DNA of 64,000 nt from Neoechinorhynchus agilis (lineage: Eukaryota; Animalia; Acanthocephala). The notes beneath the pieces are model-generated. The model was not told the origin of the DNA, ran no database searches, and saw nothing but the letters and a program-made list of their open reading frames with translations. The stretch is from contig CM121342.1 of the NCBI GenBank assembly GCA_051530055.1, positions 14,399,480 through 14,463,479 on the forward strand, given 5' to 3'. The position numbers and the translations under genes are program-made. Of this stretch, positions 45,201 through 55,230 are shown piece by piece (positions within the stretch are counted from its first letter, which is position 1; the number at the start of each line of letters is the position of its first letter).

Positions 45201-46065
45201 ATTGAACGACGGCTGAATACTAAAAGCATAAATCAATCAACTATGCGAAAAATAGGTGCGAACTCAAAAACACTGCATTCTTGTAAAAAAATCAAAACCT
45301 TTTTTATTAGTTCTATCACGATTTTTAAAACGACAGGATGATTAAACGGCCCAAAGCATTTTGGGCACTTAATTCTGAGAAAACATTTCAATCCATATAC
45401 CCTTAAGCATATCCGTCACTCGGGTACCACTGTTGCATTAATGCTTTCTTCAGAACAATTCAATCAATTCTGAGAGATGAGAAACATTAGGATACTCTGA
45501 CGAGCAAACGGCGAACAGTAGCTGACAATAAAATCTGCAGCACTTCGTTATAGAAGCGAGATCGATAATCGACATTTAATGATCGCAGAAAATTCATTAA
45601 CGAAGATAGCCTTGGGACCTACAAAAAGCTTTATATAGGCGATATTTCTATTTAAAGAGATTTACCTTCTAGTTGCGATAAAATCACTCGCCGTCCTTAT
45701 AGAATAATTTGTGGTTTTCCATGCGCCGTATAACTCGACGCGGGACTCAAGAACAAAATGTGCTTAGGTACTGAAACATTGCGATTACTTCAAGACATTT
45801 TAAGTGTTGAAAATCACGAGAAAATTTTGATATACACTAAATTGTAAAATTCAATAAATAGGTATCCGATTAAGAAAACAGCTTTAAAATATAATTCAAA
45901 TTTAAAATGTTTGCTTCTCGTGATTTTCGTAAGCGAAGAGACGTTACAATATACGAACTGCTCTTTCGATTTTGTTGTTTTCGCTTGCAATTCACGTCAA
46001 TCGCCAGTGGTTCCCCAGCGTACTAAATAAAAATAATGCCGTGACTGATATTAGCAGATTCTCAC

Positions 46066-46389
46066 CTAAGTCTTAGATTTACAATGGCTATATTTTCGTG
46101 ATAAACAACGAATTTCGATAAATGTTGTATCCGATGTGCATAAGGTTTCAAGCCGAAAAGGATAATTTGTTAATCCACAAAGCCCATGTATCCTTGGGTC
46201 CTCATCGACACTCGAGCTCTGATTTGTCAAACAAATTCGGTTGTTTATTTTGGAGTTGATTACAGATTCGTTCGGGTGGGAATATCCAGTCGGGGATGTC
46301 TGTTCGGGAACGAATAATGAAATAGAAATGCGACTAAAAGCATTGAAATTATGCTGACCTAAAAGGAATTTATTTTCCCTGAATATCAT
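46066..46389 (-). CDS. Possible 107-aa orphan ORF or exon
   Basis: ATG-started open frame with coding-like composition; no motif recognised. Confidence 0.3.
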   Translation of the reverse strand: MIFRENKFLLGQHNFNAFSRISISLFVPEQTSPTGYSHPNESVINSKINNRICLTNQSSSVDEDPRIHGLCGLTNYPFRLETLCTSDTTFIEIRCLSRKYSHCKSKT

Positions 46390-46606
46390 AATTATGCCTT
46401 AATGTTTATGGTCAAAAATCGAAATTATCTGTTGAATTATCCGCAATCTGACAAAATATTTACGACAATTAAAACGTGCTTGTCCCTTTTGCTTTTATTC
46501 TTTAAATCCCGGTGTAACTAATTTTGTGGCTCATTACAGAACCTAGAAATGCTCGATATAGTTCTTAAAATCATATCGAGAAAATCCATCGGGATGGCAA
46601 ATTTTG

Positions 46607-46804
46607 ACTTGTGGTGAAGATAATCCCGATTAAAAATCATTTTATTGTTCTGAAATATTTCGCGAGGAGACCTCGCCTTATCAATCATTGTTTTCGGAGG
46701 AAAATTCGAGTCTCCGAAAACAATGATTGATAAGGCGAGGTTTCCGCGCGAAATATTTCAGAACAATAAAATGATTTTTAATCGGGATTATCTTTACCAC
46801 AAGT
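46607..46804. mobile_element. Twin-hammerhead fold-back mini-element (~93-bp arms, 12-bp spacer), U3-A8 cores
   Basis: 46607-46699 is the reverse complement of 46712-46804. HHRs at 46651-46687 (-: TGA-TTGATAA-G-GCGAGG-TCT-CCTCGC-GAAA-TA-T-T-TCA) and 46724-46760 (+). Confidence 0.87.
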
Positions 46805-47239
46805 TAAAAGTTCTTAAAATATTACGGGATCAGATCCTATTTTTAATTGGGATATAAACACCTTAAACCGAGTTTAAAACTCGCAAGGTGGTGCGAAAGG
46901 AATATTAAAATACTTAGGCATGGCAGTGCGAATTCACACTTAGGAGAATCTGCTCGAGCGCTTACAAATAAAATGGTCGTCGAAACATAGATGACTAATG
47001 CGGAAAATATTCTATGATCAAATTTGAAGTCATAGGACATTCATTGACCATAATAGAAGGTATTCTTTGTTGGTACACTTGAAAAAGTTCATTGCCATCG
47101 ACCATTTAGACCCACAATATTTGTACTCATGTGAGACTAGCAGTTATCTTCAAGACGATCCAGTTGTCACCATCTACGTGATTATTTTATTGTATGACAA
47201 CGATTATCTTCTTGGGAGCGCATTACTCCATATCATAAG

Positions 47240-48045
47240 TTGTTCGGTGGCGCTGTATAGAATTTATATTTCTCCACAACCATGGACGAGCTCAACCATC
47301 TCATTTCCTCGCTCTCCACCCTAAACCTCTCCCTAAATTTATCTAAATCTTTTGAACTTGTCCTCCGCATTTCCAAACGCAACTTTATCCCCGTACCTCT
47401 CCCTCTCCCCATCCAACGCTCCTCTTCTCTCCGAATACTGGGCCTGATTTTACACGAAAACCTTAAATGGGATGCCCACATTTCATTTACCCTCTCAAAA
47501 GCAATCCCTCGTCTGTACCTTATAAAACTCCTCCGGCGTCTGGCGTATCCATTAAACACCTTGCCCACTTTTATCTTTCTGCCTTTTTTCCTATCCTTAC
47601 ATACGCCTACCCCACTTTCCTCGCCCTCTCCGCCAATGCTCTCCATTCCCTTGAAACCTTCCACAAGAGGGCAGCGAGAATATGCGGGACTTCACTCCCT
47701 CCCTCGACGCCCACCTCCACTCCATTTTCTCCAAAAACGCTCTCCGTCTTCTTCAACCCCCTCCACAATTTTCTTCTTTCATCTCTAAATACTCTTCCTT
47801 CGTAAACACCCGTAACCCCAACCTTTTTTATCTCCCCTCGGTCGTACCACCCTCTACCAAAAATCCTTCTTCCCCCAAGCTTAATCTTTCCTTAATAACC
47901 GGAGAACAAGGAAAGACTCCTAATCTGTCATTCTCCTAGACAAATCCCACCTCCCTGCCTCAACATCCGACATACAGACAACTTCAGCAAAGATAGATGC
48001 TGGCAAGTGTATGGATCGTTTTTCTAAATCAATAAAACGTGTTTT
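47240..48045 (+). mobile_element. 3' part of CR1/L2-type LINE (same family as 10605-11335)
   Basis: LRILGLILHENLKWDAHISFTLSKAIPRLYLIKLLRRL; long near-identity to the reverse complement of 10605-11335. Confidence 0.9.
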
Positions 48046-49040
48046 TATATGACCGCGACCCTCCATGAATAACCTCCATTATGAAACTTCTACAAAGGCA
48101 AGCTTCTAAGGCCCATCGCAATAACTCCGCAGACTCTCCCCGTTTACAAAAGGCAGTTACTAACAATATACTTATCGCCCGCAAAAATTTTCTTTCCTTT
48201 AAAATTCGATCATGTGACAACTCAACATGGTGGCGGGCCGTCAAGGACTCGCTTGGTCTACGCCACCCGGATCCCTTCCCTAATTAGTCCTCTACTGAAT
48301 TAAAACGGGTTCTAGATTCCATTAATCAGAACCTCTGCCCTGACTAAACTTACAATCGCTGCTCAACATCAGTCTCCACACAATCTTTCACGCCCGCACC
48401 TGAAACGTTTGTCAACTCGCCATACTCCCCTTAGTTTCATCCTATGAATTACTAAAGTATCTCATGAAATTACCAAAAAATTCGTCCCGAAATGATCCCA
48501 TCTCCCGCAACCCCCACATCATCACCTGAGCGTCTAAATAACATCCCACGAGTAACCTCCCTAAAAATTCGGGGTAGTCAATTTCAATCAAATTTGAAAT
48601 TTGACTCGCACATCACTCTCTCCCTCAAGCACAACACTTTTAAAATTTATCTCCTCAAATGCCTCCGACATTTAGAAATCCCTTCACCCGAACTCAACAA
48701 ATTTTACTTCTGCTATATCTTACCATCCCTCACCTACGGTTACCCCGTATTTTGCCCTTTCCAAATCGCTAATCCGCCGTCTTGAAATTCTTCGCAAAAT
48801 CTAAAATTTGTACAACTGATTTTCCCCCCGCACTGAATGTCTCGATGCTATTTTCATTAAATAATCAAAACGCCTTTCAACCCTACCACCACAATTTCTT
48901 CCACATATCGCTCCTTTTTCACACGAGCACAACACTCGTAATCCTAATTCGTTTAACCATCCTATACCTCGCACCTCCCTGTATCTGCGCTCCTTTTTCC
49001 ATGTTTCCCAATCTTCTCGAATATCATAACCCGAAATGAT
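48046..49040 (+). mobile_element. Decayed fragments of an older CR1/L2-type LINE
   Basis: STWWRAVK (resembles RLWWKNTK at ~10090); NLKFDSHI..IYLLKCLRHL..FYFCYILPSLTYG. Confidence 0.75.
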
Positions 49041-49149
49041 TCTGTGGGTTGAGGTAGTTCTGCAAGAACACGAAGGCATAGGCAGAACGGTCAAGGAGAA
49101 TAAATGTGTCGTCCACATATCGGGCCCATAATGAGACCCCAGAAATTGA

Positions 49150-49700
49150 GGTAATGGTCGACGGATGTCGAGACTGGCGGTAGATTCAGCTTCCTTAATG
49201 TTGCGATAAAGCGTGTTAGTAAAGATAGTTATGTGATTAAGATTTATCGAAGGTTCGATGTTCTACATGGCATGGTTCCATGGATCTCCTCTCAACCACG
49301 AGAATAGAGGATCTCCAGGGTTAGATCATTGGTACAACGAGCTTTTGCTTATTGCAGCTCGAGTACTGGCCTCGAACATGAACTGGATTTTATCATGGAT
49401 TTATCAGGTGATCAGGAGCGCTAGGTTTGGGAGGCCGACAGTTATGACATCGGATAAGGACCGAGTGTTTCTTGAGTTGCCGTTTGTTGACGATTCCTCC
49501 TATCAGAGTTTATCCAGAATCTTATTGGCAGGTCACCAGAGCAAACGTATGCTCGTCTATTCCAAACGAAGGAAGAATCTTCATGGCCTGATCTGTCCGA
49601 GCAATCGTGAATTCCAAGTGGTGCTGTGTATAGAATACCTTGCTCGAATTGTGATCGCCAACTTTGAGAGGAGGATGGTGGAACATGGTTGTTCCAGCAG
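49150..49700 (+). mobile_element. Penelope-like element remnant (RT end to GIY-YIG start)
   Basis: FSFLNVAIKR..IKIYRR; RSLVQRAFAYCSS..EHELDFI; FLELPFV; GAVYRIPCSNC..RRMVEH. Confidence 0.78.
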
Positions 49701-49789
49701 AGCTGAGGGGGACTTTCTTGGAAATGTTTCACGAGGGCCACCCAGGCGAATCAGCGGCAAAGGCTCTGGCGAGGTATTATTGCTTGTGA

Positions 49790-50470
49790 CCATCCATGGA
49801 CAAGGATATTGAGCTTGAGGTCAAGACATGTGCCGCGTGGCAAGCATTACGATCGAAGATTCAGTAAGTGCCTTTGATTAATTGGGACGTGCCTTCTAGA
49901 CTCTGGAAACGCATCCATGTCGATTTTGCTGGTCCAGTCGAGAACAAGATGTATCTGGTGGCCGTGGATGCCTATTCGAAGTATCCAGAAGTTTGGTCGT
50001 CTAATTCAGGATTCACTGCGACCACAACGATCACATGCCCACGAGAAGCTTTTGCGAGATGGGGTGTTCCCGAGAAGATTGTTTCTGACAATGAACCCCA
50101 ATTTGTTGCATCCGATTTCCGAACGTTCTGTCAAAACAACGGAATAGAGCACGTGAAGAGCTCACCATACCACCCAAAGACGAACGAGTCCGCGGAACGA
50201 TTTATCGGAACGTTGAACAGGGGATCTCTATTGATTCCGAGCAAAGACCGCCCTTTTGAGTTATCGCAATACTCCACAGATGACTACAAACCGCTGTCCG
50301 TCCGAACTTATTATGGGGAGACGCATTGCGACGAAGTTGGGTAACTTCAAGCCGTCTTTGGAGAAAACAATTAAATCCAGCCTGCGTAAACAGAAGGCAT
50401 ATCACGATACAAAATCAGAAGTTCGGTTCGTTCCCCACGAGACGAGAAGTGGAAGGAGAGAACGATAATA
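49790..50470 (+). mobile_element. Ty3/gypsy integrase fragment
   Basis: WKRIHVDFAGP..LVAVDAYSKYPEV..GVPEKIVSDN.PQF..GIEHVKSSPYHPKTN..AERF. Confidence 0.92.
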
Positions 50471-51530
50471 GCAACACCAGGTCCGGCATCGTACAGGGTA
50501 GATGGAACGGATAGGGAAAGGTGCATGCATGGAGATGCGATACGAAGGAGGCTGGAAAATGTAAGTGAGAGGCAGAAAGGAGAAAGCAAGGTCATTATTT
50601 GCGGCCGCACTGGCGTGTGATGATTCCCTTCAGCAGGTGAGATTCGAAGATGATGACGTGCCATACATAATAATTAATCGATGGCACGTGAGTGGGTGTG
50701 CTTGAGGCATTGCGTTTAGCGGACGGTTGTTCATTCAGTATAAACTGATCTAAGCATGATACTTGGATCTTCTGTTCGACCGTAGCTTTAGTAATTACTT
50801 CAGCTGTATCGCTTTCTTTTTTCTATCGTTACCTTTTATCCCAGTCACAATATCATACTCCCCAACAGCAAGATTAGAATCATAAGGTACCGCAGGCTGA
50901 ATATTTTCGTTCGAGTTTGGCAATTAATGGTATCTACCCTGAAACAGGGTTTCGGGGCTTAAGTCCATTGGGCCATCTCGGCTCAACTACGGAATGTACA
51001 AACTCTTCTATTCTTTAACTTTTTATCTTTAAGTCTTGCTAGCTCCGATTTTCTACATTTTGGTTCTGAGACCGTATTTCGTCAGCTTTGTCATGCTACG
51101 CACGTGATTATCCTGCAATCGTTTCCTTTTGATCAATGACAATATCATGCCGTCTGAACTGGTTCGAATTTAAGAATGTAAAGATGAAGAAGAGGAACGA
51201 TATTTCAAGTGAAATGCATAACGGTGCAGTTTAAGTGTTTAAAAAAATCTAAAAATTTGATTTTAACATCGTTATGTGCGGCTGAGCCGATTGCCTTTTT
51301 ATCGATAAGTCTAAGATGAGGATTTTCAAAAGCATGCGACTTGAAACGTTTTTCTCGAGTTCCAATAGGAAGGTCACATAAACATTAAATTCTGAGTGTT
51401 AGATTGATCTCAAATCATATGTGAATGAAGCTAACAATACACGGCTGAATTATGGACACACAACCCACAGATTTTGGTCCGGAAGGTGCTGGTTTACGCT
51501 AAATACCGATCAGCCTACAGTATTGAGTTT

Positions 51531-52490
51531 TCATATCGAGAAAATCCATCGGGATGGCAAATTTTGACTTGTGGTGAAGATAATCCCATTTAAAAATCAT
51601 TAACGATGCAGGACACTCCAAAAAGAGTCACCCAACATAAACAAGCCTGCCGACGTTTCGGTCATTCATCTAAGATTTAAAACCACCAAGAAACTATGCA
51701 ACGTAACATAGATTTTGACGGCACTGAATTTATAGAGAAGGAGCCAAATCTTTGAAGACGCCTTGTTCTTGAGGCCTTGCACATCTCGGCGTCCAATACA
51801 ATGGAAGGCAATAAAGCGAATTTCAGCGTAAAACTACCTGCTAGTTATGAAGTTAAAATCAATAGGACAAACGATACAGTGCAGGGTTTACGAGCTGGCG
51901 CACGGTCCCCGAACCTTGGAAGTAGCGAACCTGTCAACCCGAGCCTATCAGACAAAACATAGAAAAGAACCATAACCACAAACCATCGATAGAAAATCCT
52001 TTGGGCTAATCAAAGTATACTTTTGATGAAAATAATCCCGGTCATCACATATTTGATTTATTGAAAATATTTCGCGGGGTAAGCTCGCCTCATCAGTCAT
52101 CTAAAAAATGAATTTTACACATTAAGGTTTTGAGCTCGAGTGCGGCCAAACCCGAAGTTCGGGGATCAATTATCCGCTCGAACCCCAACGCTATATTACG
52201 TTTTTTCCTTTATTGTTAACTTTTTTAGATGATTGATAAGGTGATGGTTCCTCTTTCGAACTATTTCCTAATAATAAAATGATTTTTAATCGGGATTATC
52301 TTCACCACAAGTCGTAATGAGTTTTGTACTGAACACTCCGGATTCTGTACGTCATCAGCGGTAACGGATCCGAACCCGTTAATTTGAGGAAGAAGGAATA
52401 CAGAATTATGTCAATTACAATACAAAAAACAAAACATTTTTAGATAACTGATGAGATGAGACTTCCTCTTGAAATATCTCTCAATTCAAT
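51531..52490. mobile_element. Composite PLE locus: GIY-YIG C-terminus plus pseudo-LTRs of three subfamilies in mixed orientation
   Basis: 51603-51962 encodes ..LVLEALHISASNTMEGNKANFS. 51977-52195 is an inverted copy of 2940-3160. 51567-51600 and ~52279-52312 are inverted copies shared with the 46607 element. HHR-like motifs at 52062 (-), 52233 (+) and 52448 (+). Confidence 0.85.
52444..52482 (+). ncRNA. Decayed minimal hammerhead-like motif
   Basis: CTGATGA-G-ATGAG-ACTTC-CTCTT-GAAA-TA-T-C-TCTC; stem I poorly paired. Confidence 0.55.
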
Positions 52491-52960
52491 AAAATATTCT
52501 GTGTTTTCAGTGTGGCCTTTTTCCACGGCTGATAATTTTCCATTGGCACACAGCCCACCGATTCATTGGTCAAGGAAACGCATAAAATCACACTTAATAC
52601 CCTGAACCGTAAGGTTATAAGTTTGTAAGAATCCCTCCGGATTTTCAGATATCTAGCAAGCATAAGGGACGCATCAGTGGGTTTCCTTCTCCCTTCAACG
52701 AAGTATTTCGCCTGATTTACTCTTCAGAATCAGTTAGCGCGTCTCTTGTTTCATTCGAATAAATGACAAAGAATTCAAAATATCTATAAAGTACACCTCC
52801 GATACATTAATTTTCATGATTCCCATGTCAATTAAGTCGGACAATTAACGACCGCAATAGAACGAAGCGTGACGTCATTACATTGCTTTCTTTCGTCTCT
52901 ATCATCATGTTCGCTACAAGCGCGTATTCTAGTGAATACGACTGCAAAATTGTTTTCGGA

Positions 52961-53308
52961 ATGGCTCCTCCTGCGTCCTCAAAGTCAAAATCGAAAAAGG
53001 TTGCGGATAGCCTGAACAGACCTATCCAATTGGTCATGAAGTCGGGAAAGTACGTCTTAGGGTTCAAACAGACGATGAAAACCATTCGGAATGGTAAAGC
53101 TCAGCTCGTTTTACTCTCGTCAAACACTCCAGGTCTACGGCGCTCAATGATTGAATATCTTGCCTTCTTAACCGATGTCGGTGTTCATCATTACGCTGGA
53201 ACTAACGTCGAGCTCGGAGCCGTATGTGGCCGAAGCTTTAGAGTAGGCGCTGTCGCTATAACCGATCCGGGCGATAGTGATATCTTTCGAGTCATCAAGA
53301 AAGACTGA
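52961..53308 (+). CDS. RPL30: 60S ribosomal protein eL30, intronless and divergent
   Basis: [61 protein letters not shown]. Confidence 0.93.
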   Translation: MAPPASSKSKSKKVADSLNRPIQLVMKSGKYVLGFKQTMKTIRNGKAQLVLLSSNTPGLRRSMIEYLAFLTDVGVHHYAGTNVELGAVCGRSFRVGAVAITDPGDSDIFRVIKKD

Positions 53309-53426
53309 GATTGCCTGAAGAAAGTTGTTTCTAAAGTGTGAAAACAGGAAAAAGCATCATGCTAAATGCATATCGAGAAATAGACAACTCTTGAGTGTTC
53401 ATGATTGTAAGCCGAACTTTCCTATA

Positions 53427-54278
53427 CAGGGTGTAACACACCCTTAGTACCCCCCTCCACAAGGAAAACTATAACAGATATTCTGATGCGGGTTTCAGGG
53501 TTTGAAGAGATTTTAGCGGCGTCACGAAAAGGGCAATCATCCTTATTTGTTTTGTGCGGACACCCAGACGTTTTTTATTATGCAAATTTTCGGAGAGCAA
53601 AGTCTCCCTCTTCAGGCTTTTGGTCATTGCTTGTAAAACAAATCTCGTTTCACCCAACAGTAATAATGAATGAAAATCATCCTTATGTGAGTCAAAATGA
53701 AAGTGACTATATAAACAGTCCCAATGTGTTCAGCGGGGTTGAGGTCCGGATACGACCCGGGCCACGGACTCGACTTCCTCTCCAGCTCCGAGTGGCCCGG
53801 GTCGTCTCCGGACCTCAACCCCGCTGAACACATTGAAGCGATCATCAAGGACGGGGTCGAGGAGCATCTCCGGCAGGACGGAGACCACTCCCAAGCAGCC
53901 CTGCGTCGAGCCATCGACGCCGTGCTGACCGGGCTGCGCGAAAACACCGGCATGTTCGAGCGCCTCTTGAGCTCCTACCCTGCCCGTATCAAGGCCGTTC
54001 TGGAGGCCAATGGCGGCCCAACTGATTATTGAATGTCATAGTGTGATATACCGTTGAATCCGTATTGAAATAAGCTTTCCAATGGTGATAAACACATCTT
54101 TATATCTTCACTGTTTTTTTTTCTGTGGAGGGGGGGGGTAGTAAGGGTGTGTTCCACCCTGTATATCGTTAGAAGCGTATTGAAATAAGCTTTCAAACCC
54201 TGAAAAACGCATCAGATTATCTGTTATAGTTTTCCTTGTGGAGGGGGGTACTAAGAGTGTATTACATCCTATATAGTC
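53427..54278 (+). mobile_element. Internally deleted Tc1-family DNA transposon with duplicated right end
   Basis: TA|CAGGGTG(T/G)AACACACCCTTA terminal inverted repeat at 53427 and (reverse) ending 54161; a longer ~85-bp inverted copy of the left end at ~54192-54278; transposase C-terminus WPGSSPDLNPAEH..LLSSYPARIKAVLEANGGPTDY. Confidence 0.9.
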
Positions 54279-54309
54279 GCAGTTTTCACCTTTGAAACCC
54301 AAAATATAC

Positions 54310-54610
54310 TTTTTAGAAAAAATGTCATTCCTGTTCTTAGTACAATTGTTTTGATGGTTCAAGCTAAACTTACAAAACAGAAGCGATAAAAGAAGTATTG
54401 TATACAATATGTATCTTTTTTGTTTGCCATCATTAGACCACTCGATTCCATGGGTCGATTATTTCGTTGCGTTACTTTGAATCTACTTTAAAAATTCAGA
54501 ATAGTGTCCATTTCGTTGAGAAAAAAATGTCGTTCCTGTTCTTAATACAATTAATTCGATGGTTCAAGCTGAACTTACAAAAAGAGAAATAAAAGACGTA
54601 CTGTAAACAA
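54310..54610. repeat. ~90-bp direct repeat x2 (period ~200 bp)
   Basis: AAAAATGTC(A/G)TTCCTGTTCTTA..GATGGTTCAAGCT(A/G)AACTTACAAAA at ~54318 and ~54523. Confidence 0.8.
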
Positions 54611-54779
54611 TGGGCACGACGCAGAATAACTTCATCGAAAACTTCAGCATCGATATGTCGGAATGTTAAAATGTTGCCCAACATAATTGCATCATTGACT
54701 AGCAGAAAATATATCTCGAGAAGCAAAGTGTCTACCCTGTGAATAAGTCCGGTTGTTCCTTGAAGTTCGGATTTCTTGA

Positions 54780-54900
54780 TCGTAAATCCATTAATTAGAC
54801 ACGGTCTTATGGACCTGGTTGCGGTGTACACTGATTGTGTTGCTATTCACGACTCTGACCACTACCTCATTAAGTTTTTATTTACTTCGACATCTTCGGT
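54780..54900 (+). mobile_element. Possible LINE APE endonuclease fragment
   Basis: MDLV..IHDSDHYLIKF resembles the C-terminal (L/I)D...SDH motif. Confidence 0.4.
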
Positions 54901-55230
54901 GTCAGTAGTCGAGTCCACATACGCCGAAATGATACATGCTTTGGCGAGTTTAATAGGCATATCGTTGTTGTCTTGATAATTTAAATCCGGGTTTTATGAT
55001 GAAGGGCAGTAGAATAGGTAAGCCAGGTAAGTACTTGAGCTTCACTAAATATCTACCGCTAACTCGCACTCATCCAATTCCACTCTGGGAGTGTAGGTAT
55101 CGCTTACTGACCCTTCCTGTGTTTGATTCAATTTATGTTGGATTGCGGTAGACGCCAGCAATTGTGAATTCTCTAAGACCATTTCTTAAAGGAGCTGAGA
55201 CGTAGACTGCGATCAATTCTAGATCTGAGT

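Noticed and set aside
45497-45520. CTGACGA-GC..GC-GAAC as a hammerhead
   Set aside because: GAAC instead of GAAA, 2-bp stem II, no valid stem III or NUH.
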